This document shows positions 9,220 to 18,774 of a DNA stretch of 64,000 nucleotides, piece by piece. A program made the position numbers and the translations under genes. How positions within the stretch are numbered: position 1 is the first letter of the stretch; each line of letters opens with the position of its first letter. The notes beneath the pieces are model-generated. The model did not search any database. It was given only the letters and a program-made list of their open reading frames with translations, and was not told the origin of the DNA. The stretch is from positions 96,001 through 160,000 of the forward strand of contig JAXMNT010000001.1 of assembly GCA_034670305.1 (NCBI GenBank), given 5' to 3'. Source of the DNA: Deltaproteobacteria bacterium. GTDB taxonomy: Bacteria > Myxococcota_A > Polyangia > Polyangiales > Houyiibacteriaceae.

Positions 9220-11370
9220 ATGCCGTACCCTCGGCGCATGCGCGCTTGGTGGAGGTCGTCCGGGGCACAAACCGCCACAGCTTGGGTGATCGGGGCCCTG
9301 AGCGTGCTGACTGTGGCGTTGTCGTTGCCGAGTCCCGGTGCCGCGCAACCCTCGTGGCTTGCGCGCACCCGCCTCGCGGAGCTGCGTTCTGAGCTGCAGT
9401 CGTCGTCGCTTGTGCTGCGGGAGCGCGCGGCCCGCCGGTTGGCGACCGAAGGCAGCGACGCGGGGGCGCGCCGTGTCTTGCTCGACGCGCTCACCCTCGA
9501 GCGTTCTTCCCGGGTACGCGTCGCGATCGCGCGGGCGCTCTCGTGGCGGGCCCACCCATCGATCGCGATGGGACTCATCGAAGCCCTCGACGCGTCGGGC
9601 GGGGCGGATGCCCGAGACCTGGCCCTGGCGCTCGCGACCGTCGACACGCCGGCGTCGCGCATCGCACTCGTCGATGCGCTCGGCCGCGACGACCTGCAAG
9701 CGGCGGCCCACGAGGCGCTGCTCGTCCTCGGGCCTTCGGTTGCACCGACCCTGGCCGGTCGATTGAGAGAAGACCCGACCCACATTCCCGCCATCGCGCT
9801 GCTCGGGGCGATGCGAGACGTCGGTTCGGTGCCTCTGCTGGATCGATTGGCCGCGTCGCCGGCGGTGCCGGTGCGCCGCGCTGCGCTCACTGCCCTCGCC
9901 GCCATCGGGGATGTCCGCGCGCGCCCCACCTTCCTTGCGCACGTCGACGATCCGGACGCGAGCATCGCGCTCGTCGCCACCGACGCGTTGCTCGGGCTCG
10001 CGACGGCGGCGGATGTGCCGAGGCTCGAGACCTGGTTGCCGGACGCGGTCGATGTTCGCCGCCGCCGGGTGCTCGAAGCGCTGCTTCATGCGGATGCGAC
10101 ACGCGCCGCGGCGATCCTGGCGGCCGAGGTGGGCTCCGCGGATCCCGACCGGGTGCTGATCGCGGGTGGAGTGGCCATCGACCACCCGCAGGTCGCGCTG
10201 TTGCCGGTGCTCTATGGCCTCTACGAAGAAGGCACCCGCCGCGCGGAAGCCGCTTCGGCGTTGGCGGAAGTCGACGGAGGCGCGGGCATCGGGGTGCTGC
10301 TGCGGGAGACGGTGCAGGCCGAAGACGGGTCCGAACATGCCCGCCGCGGCCTCGCGGTGGCGCTGCGCCGTTGGGGGGAACGTCTCAGTGTGCGCGTCCG
10401 GCGCCAGAGCATCGCGGCGTTGCAGGCGGGGGCGCTCGACGGACCGGCCGCCGCCCAGACGGTGACACTGCGCGCGCTCGCCCGAGATCGCAGTGTCCTG
10501 CCGCGGATCCGGGAGAACCTGGCCGCGGACGATCCCTCCGCGCGGGGATGGGCGGCTCAAGCCGCGGGCCTGCTTGGCGACGAGGACGTCGTGGACACGC
10601 TCGTCGAGGCGCTCGTCGAGGAAGCGGATCCGTCCGCCTTCCGTCAGATGGCGCTCGCCCTCTCCACCCTGCCCACCTCGGCCACCTCTGCCCACGCCCA
10701 TCGACTCTGGGCCGCTGCCTTGCCGGCATTCGCGGATCCCAGCCGCGTGGCGGAAGTGGCCCTGCTGGCTGCGAGTCTCGAGTTGGACGCGAGGGATCGG
10801 CGGCGCCGCGGGGTGCTGCTGCGCCGGCTTCTTCGACATGCGAGCGAGCGGGTTCGGTCCTCGGCGGCGTGGGCGCTTGGTCGGGCGGGGGAGACCAGCG
10901 CGTGGCGGGCGCTGCTCGATCGCGTCGACGTGGACGACTCGCTCACGGTGCGCCGCGCGGCTGCACGTGCGCTCGCGGTGTTGCGCAGCGGCGTGGTCCA
11001 GCACACCGTCGACGCCACGGCCGAAGGCTCGGAGAGCGGCACCGCCGCACGCCTCGCGCCCTTTGCGGACGACGATCCGAATGCGGAATGGGTGACGGAG
11101 ACCATCGACCGCCGTGGGCGCGGGGAGCGGGACGACACCGTCCGTGGGTTCATCCGGCGCGCCGGGCGCGGCATCCACACCCCAGCGGTCCTGGGAGGCG
11201 CGGAGGTGCTTCGCCTGCGGGTGGTGTCGGCGGCCGCGGCGGGTGGGGTCGAGATCGAGGTCCAGCACGCGGACGGCCGATGGGTTCGGACCCAGACCCT
11301 CCCGACCGGGGAGTACTTCCTGGCCGACCTACCGTCGCAGACGCTGGATGTCCGCGTGGTCGTGCAGTGA
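9220..11370 (+). CDS. HEAT/PBS-lyase-like repeat protein, probably secreted
   Basis: Repeated VRRAALTAL, VRSSAAWALG, VRRAAARAL units; hydrophobic N-terminus; start may be 9238. Confidence 0.8.
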   Translation: MPYPRRMRAWWRSSGAQTATAWVIGALSVLTVALSLPSPGAAQPSWLARTRLAELRSELQSSSLVLRERAARRLATEGSDAGARRVLLDALTLERSSRVRVAIARALSWRAHPSIAMGLIEALDASGGADARDLALALATVDTPASRIALVDALGRDDLQAAAHEALLVLGPSVAPTLAGRLREDPTHIPAIALLGAMRDVGSVPLLDRLAASPAVPVRRAALTALAAIGDVRARPTFLAHVDDPDASIALVATDALLGLATAADVPRLETWLPDAVDVRRRRVLEALLHADATRAAAILAAEVGSADPDRVLIAGGVAIDHPQVALLPVLYGLYEEGTRRAEAASALAEVDGGAGIGVLLRETVQAEDGSEHARRGLAVALRRWGERLSVRVRRQSIAALQAGALDGPAAAQTVTLRALARDRSVLPRIRENLAADDPSARGWAAQAAGLLGDEDVVDTLVEALVEEADPSAFRQMALALSTLPTSATSAHAHRLWAAALPAFADPSRVAEVALLAASLELDARDRRRRGVLLRRLLRHASERVRSSAAWALGRAGETSAWRALLDRVDVDDSLTVRRAAARALAVLRSGVVQHTVDATAEGSESGTAARLAPFADDDPNAEWVTETIDRRGRGERDDTVRGFIRRAGRGIHTPAVLGGAEVLRLRVVSAAAAGGVEIEVQHADGRWVRTQTLPTGEYFLADLPSQTLDVRVVVQ

Positions 11371-11858
11371 CGAGAGGTCTGCTCCTCGCGACATCGCTGG
11401 TCCTTGGCTGCGCTGCGCCGCTCGGATCCTACGGAGACTGGACGCGGGTGGGGTCGGAGGATGGTCGACTCGCGGTGCACCTGCCGACGCCGCCTTGGCA
11501 GCCGGTGGATGGGCCGGCGGATGAGCTGCGGCTGGAGATCCCGTTCGTGCGGGCCATGCGCCCGCCCACCTACGCCCTCCGGGTTCGGTTTCAGGGGGGC
11601 GACGCCCGCGCCCGAGCCGACCGAGACGCGGCCGCGGCCGGCGCAGACGACGAGCTCTTCGGACCTCGGCCGATCGAGACCGACGAGGGCCTCTCCGGCT
11701 TCGAGACCGTGGTGATCGACGACGACTTCCGTTCCACCCGCACGGCCCACTTCGATGCGCCGACCGGTGTGGTGACGGTCGTCGTCGAGGCCAACCCTCG
11801 GTTGGAGGACGACCCCGAGGTCGACGCGTTGATCCGAACGCTCGAGGTGCTCGAGTGA
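11367..11858 (+). CDS. Hypothetical lipoprotein
   Basis: GTG overlaps upstream stop; LLLATSLVLGC lipobox. Confidence 0.7.
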   Translation: MTRGLLLATSLVLGCAAPLGSYGDWTRVGSEDGRLAVHLPTPPWQPVDGPADELRLEIPFVRAMRPPTYALRVRFQGGDARARADRDAAAAGADDELFGPRPIETDEGLSGFETVVIDDDFRSTRTAHFDAPTGVVTVVVEANPRLEDDPEVDALIRTLEVLE

Positions 11859-12499
11859 TCGCGGCTCGGTTCGGGACCTGTGTGGGGTTCTTGATCCTGT
11901 GCGGCACCGTCGCAGCGCAGCCCCCCACTTCGGAGAACGCGGCCGGGCTCGCAGCGCCCCAGCCAGGCGTTCACCGACCGGTCACGTTTGCTCCGACCTC
12001 GCAGGCCGCACCGACCCCCACCACACCCCCAACCACGGAGGTCGCGACGTGGACCGGCCCACGGGTCCAGCTGGGGTATGGCCGCCTCCGTCTGAAAGAC
12101 GGGTTCGGGGAGGGGCAGACCCACCTCGGTACGTTCTCGGGATTCGCACCGACCGGCCGGGTCCGCGTCGCGGGCACCGGGGTGCTCGGATCGCGCGTGT
12201 ACGCACTCGGTCAGAACGATTTCGTGCTCGGGGTGCTGGCCCATGCGGGCTACCAGCACCTGTCGGACTTCGATCGTTTGGTCCCGTACGTCACGTTCGA
12301 CATCGGCGGTGGGGCCAGCATCGGCAAACGGTTTCGGGAGACCCAATCCCACGGTTGGCTGCTTTTCGGCCTCACCGCGGGTGTCGAGGTTCGGCTTTCG
12401 CGGGGTCTGCACCTGGGGATCGGGTTCGGATACGCCCGGGTTCGGCTCGACGGGGTGGGCCACCACACCGCATCGCTCGATCTGCACGTTGGCTTGTGA
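11855..12499 (+). CDS. Hypothetical small outer-membrane beta-barrel protein
   Basis: Signal peptide, Pro/Thr linker, amphipathic strands (AGYQH, GIGFGYARV, LDLHVGL). Confidence 0.65.
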   Translation: MIAARFGTCVGFLILCGTVAAQPPTSENAAGLAAPQPGVHRPVTFAPTSQAAPTPTTPPTTEVATWTGPRVQLGYGRLRLKDGFGEGQTHLGTFSGFAPTGRVRVAGTGVLGSRVYALGQNDFVLGVLAHAGYQHLSDFDRLVPYVTFDIGGGASIGKRFRETQSHGWLLFGLTAGVEVRLSRGLHLGIGFGYARVRLDGVGHHTASLDLHVGL

Positions 12500-12595
12500 C
12501 GCACTCCACCGTTGACCTGATCCCCCGTGGTGCGGCACTGTCACGCCTTCGGCGACCTCGGCTTTCGAAGTTGCCCCCCATGAGAAGAATCCGTC

Positions 12596-12841
12596 GTGAC
12601 GAGCGACTCCAACACCGAACTCGACGCCTTGTCCTTTGAACAAGTCGTCGGCCGCCTGGAAGAGGTGGTTCAGCGTCTTGAAGAGGGGGAACTCCCTCTT
12701 GAGGAATCGCTGCGCCATTTCGAAGAAGGCGTGCGCCTCGCCCGTACCGGCTCGCAGCGTCTCGACGCCGCGGAAGCCCGGGTCGAGCAGCTCCTGGTGT
12801 CCCGGGACGAACTCGTGACCAAGCCTCTGAGCGACGGATGA
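12596..12841 (+). CDS. xseB: Exodeoxyribonuclease VII small subunit
   Basis: LSFEQVVGRLEEVVQRLEEGELPLEESLRHFEEGVRL...LDAAEARVEQL family signature. Confidence 0.95.
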   Translation: MTSDSNTELDALSFEQVVGRLEEVVQRLEEGELPLEESLRHFEEGVRLARTGSQRLDAAEARVEQLLVSRDELVTKPLSDG

Positions 12842-12860
12842 GGAGGAGCCGGGTACCCCG

Positions 12861-14300
12861 ATGACCGCTGTGCTGACCGTGCCCACCCACTTCGGCGATC
12901 TGTCGGAGCTGTCCCAGGGACTCGTCGACCGAGTCGATGAGGAACGCATCATTCTGTACGGACCCGATCCGTACGACGAAGGATCGACGGTCGGCTTCGC
13001 CGTGCTGCTGGTCGACGGAACCACGGCGCTCGAAGGCCTTGGCCGTGTGGCCGCGGCGGTGGATGGCGGCGAAGCCCGCGCGCCCGAGACGCGGTGGGAC
13101 ATCGTGTTCGACTCCCTTCAACTCGAAGGGCGTTCGGAAGTCGTCTACGAGCGCATCGTGCTGGCCCGGCAGTCGCTGACCGGTGGCGACCCCGCCACGG
13201 GTGAAGTCTCGCTGGACGAACTCCAAGCCCAGACCGCCGCCGAAGAGGCCGCGGCAGCAGCTGCTGCTGAAGAAGCCACGGCGGACGCTGGTCCCGAAGC
13301 CGAAGGCGCCGCCTTCGACGAACACGCGTTCGAGGAACACACCGCCATCGCGGCTGCGGGCTACGAAGCAGACGCCTACGATGAGGCCGCCGCTGCCGAT
13401 TCGATTCCTCCGGAATCGATCCCGCCCGAGGCGAGCTTCGAAGCACAGGACGACGAGATCGCCGTCGAAGCCGAGGGCACCTTCGATTCGATCCCGCCCG
13501 GCGCTTCGGCCGATGGCACCGTCGACGAATCGTTTGGTGTGGAAGCCGACGTCGATCTCGACGCGGGGTTCGAAGCGCCGATCGAAGAAGCCGCGGAGTT
13601 CGACGCGGACATCGCCGACGACGTCGCCGACGTCGCGGAGGACTGGGACGACCCCGAGGAGCCGTTTCAAGAAGGCGCGACGATGGTCGCGAGCATCGAG
13701 GACATCGAGGCGCCCCCGGGCGCGCCGGCACCTCAGCTTCCCGACGCACCGGCGGGCTTTCAACTGCAGCCGACCGATGGCGTGCTGACCCGCCCGATGC
13801 ATCCGCCCGCTTGGTGGCCCGAAGCGTCCCCCAAACCGGAGCCGCTGCCGAGCACGGGCTACTTCGCGTACGAAGGCGGACTGCCGGTTCCGGCCGAGCC
13901 TCCCCGGCCCGACCTGGATCCCTCGCTGCGCGTCTCTCCCGCGCCGCGGCCCCAAGAGGGCCAGGACGCGCACGCCGCAGACCCGCCTGCGGCCCAAGCC
14001 CATCAGCCGCAGGACGATGCCGGCTACGACGATGCGCCGGCGTTCGAGGAGGCCCCCGAGTTCGAGGAAGACCTCGACGTCGAGGCCGACTCGTTCGAGG
14101 ACGCGCCAGAGGCCGGAGGCGAGGAATCGCCCGAGACGGTGGAAGCGCAACTCGATGACTTCATCGAGGACGGAGCCGAAGGCGAAGTCGAAGTCGGCTT
14201 CGACGACGGCGAAGAACCTGCGTTCGAAGACTTCGACGCCGAGACCCGCCAGGTCGACATGCCCGAAGGCGGCGAGCTCCCGGACCCCGAGACGCTCTAG
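12861..14300 (+). CDS. Acidic, largely low-complexity protein with a weakly PilZ-like N-terminal domain
   Basis: RBS-like GAGGAGG upstream; folded-looking N-terminus (GSTVGFAVLLVDGTTALEGLGRV); D/E-rich remainder. Confidence 0.7.
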   Translation: MTAVLTVPTHFGDLSELSQGLVDRVDEERIILYGPDPYDEGSTVGFAVLLVDGTTALEGLGRVAAAVDGGEARAPETRWDIVFDSLQLEGRSEVVYERIVLARQSLTGGDPATGEVSLDELQAQTAAEEAAAAAAAEEATADAGPEAEGAAFDEHAFEEHTAIAAAGYEADAYDEAAAADSIPPESIPPEASFEAQDDEIAVEAEGTFDSIPPGASADGTVDESFGVEADVDLDAGFEAPIEEAAEFDADIADDVADVAEDWDDPEEPFQEGATMVASIEDIEAPPGAPAPQLPDAPAGFQLQPTDGVLTRPMHPPAWWPEASPKPEPLPSTGYFAYEGGLPVPAEPPRPDLDPSLRVSPAPRPQEGQDAHAADPPAAQAHQPQDDAGYDDAPAFEEAPEFEEDLDVEADSFEDAPEAGGEESPETVEAQLDDFIEDGAEGEVEVGFDDGEEPAFEDFDAETRQVDMPEGGELPDPETL

Positions 14301-14312
14301 CAGGTCGCGAAA

Positions 14313-14433
14313 GCGACCTGCCCCTTGCCCCTGCCCTTGCCCCTGCCCTTGCCCTGAGTGCAGGCGAGGAGCAAACGAGCGACCTTGCCCTTGCCCCTGC
14401 CCTTGCCCTGTGCAGGCGGCGCAAACGAGCGAC
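14313..14433. repeat. Two ~55-nt copies containing (CCCTTG/CCCCTG)n between convergent genes
   Basis: Unit GCGACC-(hexamers)-GTGCAGGCG..GCAAACGAGCGAC occurs twice. Confidence 0.75.
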
Positions 14434-14497
14434 GCCATACTGCGAAGCAGCTGGCCCATCTGCACTGCGCAACTCCCATAGCCAGCTGCCCCCTGGA

Positions 14498-16834
14498 CTA
14501 CTGCAGATAGCCGAGCGCGCGCAGCTGCGCCGCGGTCTCGTCGTCGATGACGGTGCGCTCCGGGCGGTGGCGCCTCCGGCCCGGCTCGACTTCACCGCGG
14601 GTCTCTTGCAGCCGCAGCCCGAGCAGACCGCGCAGCCACCGGACCGTGAGCGGGTGGGTGTCTGCCAGGTCCTGTGCTTCGCCTGGGTCCTCCTGGAGGT
14701 CGTACAAGCGCGAGCGGTTGCGTGGGCGCTGCACGAGCTTCCATCGACCGACCGTGACCGTGCGCCAGTTCTCCATGAACCCGCTGACGGTCGCACGCGG
14801 TGCGTCGCCCGGCTCCCCACGCAACTCGCTGAGGAAGCTGCGTCCGGAGAGGTTCGGAGGCGCCTCCACCTCGAGCGCCTCGAGAATGGTCGGCATGACG
14901 TCGACCAGCCCCACCGGCGTCTCGATGCGGCGGGGTGCCTCGCCCGGAATGCGCACGAAGAGCGGCACGTGCAGCAGCTCCTCGTACACGCTGTGCCCGT
15001 GTCCGACCGATCCGTGGTCCCAGAATTCTTCGCCGTGATCCGAGGTCAGCAGCACCATCGTGTCGTCGGCGAGTCCGCGGCTCTCGAGTCCTTCCAAGAT
15101 CGCTCGGAAGTGCACGTCGTGGTAGCTGATCTCGCCGTCGTAGAGCGCTTCGAGGAACGCACGGTCGCGGGGGGTGGCGCGCAGTCGACCGAGTTTGATC
15201 TCTTCGAGGACCTGCGCGGTGCGTCCTGCCTGGATCGGTCCGTTGTAGTCCCCGCCGCCGTACATCTCGAGGAACGACTGCGGCGGCCGGTAGGGCACGT
15301 GCGGATCGATGGTGTGCACGTACAGGAAGAAGGGATCCTCCGCGTGGTCCTCTTGATGGGTGTCGAGCCAGGCCAGCACATCGGCCGCCACGAACTCCGC
15401 CTTGGTCCGGCGTCCTTCACGAATGTAGTTGCGGTAGGTGTCCCATCCCTGACGGAACCCGAACCGGTCGGAGACGAACCCGTTGCAGATGAACGAGCCG
15501 GTCCGGAAGCCGCTGTCCTGCAGCACCTCCGGCAACATCGTGACCGAGTTCGGCAACACCGAGCCGTCGAGCGTCGCGGAATGTTCCCAAGGCATGAGCG
15601 ACGTCAGAAGCGTGGCGACACTCGGCTTGGTCCAGTTCTCTTGCGAGTGCGCGTGCACGAACGTGGTCGCGCCGCGCGCGAAGGCCGAGAGGCCTGGCGT
15701 CTGCACCCGCGTGTCTGCGGCGTAGGGTTCGAGTCGATCCGCGCGCAACGTGTCTACGAGGATCAACAGAACGTTCTTCGGCTTCGCGAGCGTTCGCGAC
15801 TCTGGGGCCGGCACGTGCACGGCGACCTGGTGCAAGCGCAGATCGTCGCGGGCCTCGATCTCGAGCCGCACCACCGCGTCCGTCTCCGTGGCGAGGTCGA
15901 GGTCGAGCTCCCCGCGCACCAACACTTCTCGAGCCGCGCCGCCCTCTCTGCGCAAGCGCACCGTGGCCTCGCCGTCCACGAATCCGCGCAAGCGCGCGCT
16001 GGCTGGGACCTCGAGTGTCCACGCGAGCTGCCACCCCGCGTCCACCGCGACCGCTCGGCTCTCCTGCACCAAGGTCTCTCGCGGCGCCCGGCCTGCGGGC
16101 GCCGGTGCGTTCGGACCGATCCGCATCGACTTCAGCAGGAGCCCGACCCGGCCGATGCCCTCGACGGATCCAGAACGCGCCGCGCGCACGAGCAACTCGT
16201 TCTCGCCCTCGACCACCAAGGTCTCGGGCACCTCGACCGCGATCGTGCCGAAGCCTTCGCGGGGCAGCGCCGCGTCGCCGACGAACTCCCCGTTGAGGTA
16301 CAGCCGCGTGCGTCCGCCGCCTGGCGTCGATCCCACCAGTTCGATGTGCAGCTCCGCCGAGGCCGCGTGGAACTGCAACCGGCCCTGCCGACCCTCCGTC
16401 GCGAGCGCCGCGCCGCCGTCCACCTCGACCCGCCGGGAGGACGTGCTCCATCCGCCGAGCGTGTACTGCGCGGAGGACGCTTGCCCGAAGTCGACCACGC
16501 GGGTGGTGCCCTGCCAGACCTCCGCCCGCTCCATGTGGTCGAGCAAACCGAAATGGGTGCGGGTCGGCGGCGGGGGTGGCTCGGGCGGGGCCTCTGCAAC
16601 CGGCGCTGCTTCGGGCGTGGGCGCGACCGCAGGCGTCGGCGTCGGCGTGGGTTCGAGCTGGGCCGACGGCCCTTGCGAGCCGCTGCATCCGAGCGCTGCG
16701 GCGCCCCACATGACCCCGAGGCAGAGCACCCGCCAGTGCGGCCGTACGGTTCCAGGTCGCGGGGGTTGTCGTTGCGGTTGGGTCGGATCGGGGCGGCGGG
16801 TCGTTTCGTGGGCAGAGGTCACGCGGCCGAACAT
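14498..16834 (-). CDS. Sulfatase/alkaline-phosphatase superfamily lipoprotein
   Basis: NVLLILVDTLRAD, WTKPSVATLLTS, TSDHGEEF, GHGHSVYEELLHVPL, LYDLQEDPGE, QLRALGY; AALGC lipobox; true start probably downstream. Confidence 0.88.
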   Translation of the reverse strand: MFGRVTSAHETTRRPDPTQPQRQPPRPGTVRPHWRVLCLGVMWGAAALGCSGSQGPSAQLEPTPTPTPAVAPTPEAAPVAEAPPEPPPPPTRTHFGLLDHMERAEVWQGTTRVVDFGQASSAQYTLGGWSTSSRRVEVDGGAALATEGRQGRLQFHAASAELHIELVGSTPGGGRTRLYLNGEFVGDAALPREGFGTIAVEVPETLVVEGENELLVRAARSGSVEGIGRVGLLLKSMRIGPNAPAPAGRAPRETLVQESRAVAVDAGWQLAWTLEVPASARLRGFVDGEATVRLRREGGAAREVLVRGELDLDLATETDAVVRLEIEARDDLRLHQVAVHVPAPESRTLAKPKNVLLILVDTLRADRLEPYAADTRVQTPGLSAFARGATTFVHAHSQENWTKPSVATLLTSLMPWEHSATLDGSVLPNSVTMLPEVLQDSGFRTGSFICNGFVSDRFGFRQGWDTYRNYIREGRRTKAEFVAADVLAWLDTHQEDHAEDPFFLYVHTIDPHVPYRPPQSFLEMYGGGDYNGPIQAGRTAQVLEEIKLGRLRATPRDRAFLEALYDGEISYHDVHFRAILEGLESRGLADDTMVLLTSDHGEEFWDHGSVGHGHSVYEELLHVPLFVRIPGEAPRRIETPVGLVDVMPTILEALEVEAPPNLSGRSFLSELRGEPGDAPRATVSGFMENWRTVTVGRWKLVQRPRNRSRLYDLQEDPGEAQDLADTHPLTVRWLRGLLGLRLQETRGEVEPGRRRHRPERTVIDDETAAQLRALGYLQ

Positions 16835-16959
16835 AGCCCCGACGGCCGGATCCGGCGGAAAAGTGGTCGTCCGCAGTTGATTGGAGGGGAAGCGGAACGT
16901 TCTGTTATGGTCCGCGTGAATCGATGTTCGCGCGGAACGTCCTTCCTCCCACCAGGCCC

Positions 16960-17292
16960 ATGTCCTTCACCACGCTGCTCCAGCAGGCACTCCGAATCGT
17001 GCTCGTGTCCGCCACGCTCCTCGCCTCGACGGTGGCGTTCGCCGACGCGCTCGTGCACGTTCAGGTCCGCAATCCATCGAACGAACCCGTCGATGGCAGC
17101 GTGACGTTGCGGCCCCGTGCCGGCGGAGACCAGACCTACCGCTGCCAGACCGAAGGCGGCGACTGCGACATCCACGGGGTGCCGCCGGGCTTGTACACGG
17201 TCACCTTCGCGCCGCCCTCGGGCGAAGCCACCCCGCCGCGCAACGTGGTCGTGCCCGAAGGTCGCGTCACGCTCCGAGTCGCCGCCCAGTAG
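16960..17292 (+). CDS. Secreted carboxypeptidase-regulatory-like domain protein
   Basis: Signal peptide ending AFA; GVPPGLYTVTF motif. Confidence 0.7.
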   Translation: MSFTTLLQQALRIVLVSATLLASTVAFADALVHVQVRNPSNEPVDGSVTLRPRAGGDQTYRCQTEGGDCDIHGVPPGLYTVTFAPPSGEATPPRNVVVPEGRVTLRVAAQ

Positions 17293-17397
17293 TCGGCCCA
17301 GCAGTCGGCCCTCAGTAGTCGGCCCTCAGCAGTCGGCCCTCAGTAGTCGGCCGCCCATCCCATCAGTCGGCCCAGCAGTCGGCCCAGTCGTCGGCCT
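17287..17397. repeat. Tandem 12-14 nt repeat AG(T/C)AGTCGGCCC, about 8 copies
   Basis: Seen directly between two convergent genes. Confidence 0.8.
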
Positions 17398-17439
17398 CCC
17401 AATCAGCTCGGAATCAGCGCGGGTGCGGCCGCCCCGCCA

Positions 17440-17892
17440 TCAGCCCGCGGGTTCCAACTGCTCACCGAGCGTGGAGACGATCCGGGTCCAGCCGCCGTCG
17501 TGGTCGTCGCGCGACGACTGGTCCGGGAACCCGACGTGCTCGAGCGTCAGCCGGGTGCGGGCACTGTCCAGGGCTTCGAATGTCAGTGCGACTTCGCTCT
17601 CGACCCCAACCGTCCGAACGGAGACCCAGGTGAACGAGAGCCGGGCCACGCCCGAGTGGTTGGGCCGCTCGATCCGGCTGTAGACGCCGTGGATCGGGAC
17701 TCGGGTCTCTCCGATCACCATCGTGAGCTCGAACGCGCCTCCGACCCGCGCGTCCACCGTGATGTCTTGCACCTCGGTGCCGGGGGCGGGTTTCATGAAG
17801 ACCGCCAATGTCTCGGGGTCGAGCCACGCGTCGAAGACGCGGGCGATGGGCGCGTTCACCATTTGCGAGAGTCGAACCGGCTGCATCGTCAT
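17440..17892 (-). CDS. SRPBCC/AHSA1-like domain protein
   Basis: NAPIARVFDAWLDPE, DARVGGAF, LSFTW, TRLTLEH, HDGGW. Confidence 0.88.
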   Translation of the reverse strand: MTMQPVRLSQMVNAPIARVFDAWLDPETLAVFMKPAPGTEVQDITVDARVGGAFELTMVIGETRVPIHGVYSRIERPNHSGVARLSFTWVSVRTVGVESEVALTFEALDSARTRLTLEHVGFPDQSSRDDHDGGWTRIVSTLGEQLEPAG

Positions 17893-18239
17893 TCTTCGTC
17901 GTCCTCGTTCTCTTGTTCCACGTACACGGCGAGCGCCTCGAGTCGGTTGCCCCAGAAGGTCCGCGCCACGTCCAGCCACTCGACCATCGGGCCGAGCGCC
18001 TTCCAGTCGACGGAGAGGAGGTGCGCGGTGCCTTCGCGCCGCCGCACGACGAGCCCCGCCTTCTCGAGCACCTTCAGGTGTTTGCTCACGCCGTTCAGGC
18101 TCATCTCGAACGCCGACGCGATGTCACCGACGCGCATCTCTCCCGACTCGCGCAGGAGCGCGAGCACCCGGCGGCGGTTCGGATCCGCCAGCGCCTGAAA
18201 GAGAAGATCCAGGCGCGCGTCGTCGGAGTCGTTCGACAT
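17889..18239 (-). CDS. ArsR/SmtB family transcriptional regulator
   Basis: LFQALADPNRRRVLALL...VSKHLKVLEKAGLVVRRREG; FWGNRLEAL tail typical of SRPBCC-linked members. Confidence 0.92.
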   Translation of the reverse strand: MSNDSDDARLDLLFQALADPNRRRVLALLRESGEMRVGDIASAFEMSLNGVSKHLKVLEKAGLVVRRREGTAHLLSVDWKALGPMVEWLDVARTFWGNRLEALAVYVEQENEDDEE

Positions 18240-18250
18240 CGTCTCGAAGG

Positions 18251-18691
18251 TCAGATCGCCAAGTCGTTCGGAAAGGGTGCACCGGTGCCCGTCTCGACGA
18301 GCGCCCGGAGACTCAGAAGGAAGGTCGCCCACTTCATGCTGCAATGCGCGAGGAACGGCGTGGTCTCTTGCCAGTCGTCGTGTCCGAACGCGAGCAACGT
18401 CCGGTTCGGCTTCTCGGGATCCGGGGTGCTCAACGAGAACCGCACTTTCGTGTCCGTCCATTCGGGCGCGCCGGACGTGCATGTCCATTCGACGCGCTGA
18501 TCGGTCTCCAAGCCGGTGACCTTCATCAAGGTGACGTGCGCCCCGAACCGGAACGCGATCTCGCCATTCAGTGTGGACTCGCCACTTGTGGTCTCGGTCC
18601 ACCAGGCGGCGAGACCATCGATGGTGGAGAGGGCGCGGAAGACGTCGGCCGGACTGGCCTCGAGGTGGATGGCGTGTCGGATGTGGGACAT
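18251..18691 (-). CDS. SRPBCC domain protein
   Basis: ASPADVFRALSTIDGLAAWW, EWTDTKVRF, CSMKWATFLLSLRALVETGTGAP. Confidence 0.88.
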   Translation of the reverse strand: MSHIRHAIHLEASPADVFRALSTIDGLAAWWTETTSGESTLNGEIAFRFGAHVTLMKVTGLETDQRVEWTCTSGAPEWTDTKVRFSLSTPDPEKPNRTLLAFGHDDWQETTPFLAHCSMKWATFLLSLRALVETGTGAPFPNDLAI

Positions 18692-18726
18692 GGGAAATAC
18701 CTTGGTGGGAGTCTCGGCTGTGCCAT

Positions 18727-18774
18727 TCAACTGGCAGGTTGATCAACCTATAGGTTGAATAGAGAAGAAGTCAA
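18727..18774 (-). promoter_or_regulatory. Two abutting TCAAC-N6-GTTGA operators overlapping a sigma70-like promoter
   Basis: 18727-18742 TCAACTGGCAGGTTGA; perfect palindrome TCAACCTATAGGTTGA at 18743-18758; minus-strand TTGACT-N18-TAGGTT. Confidence 0.7.

Noticed and set aside
9105-9980. Long N-terminal extension of the kinase in the ORF track
   Set aside because: Antisense to the HEAT-repeat gene; the paralogue starts just before DPLIGRVIND
17287-17397. Short repeats as CRISPR or iterons
   Set aside because: Units abut without unique spacers; no rep or cas gene nearby
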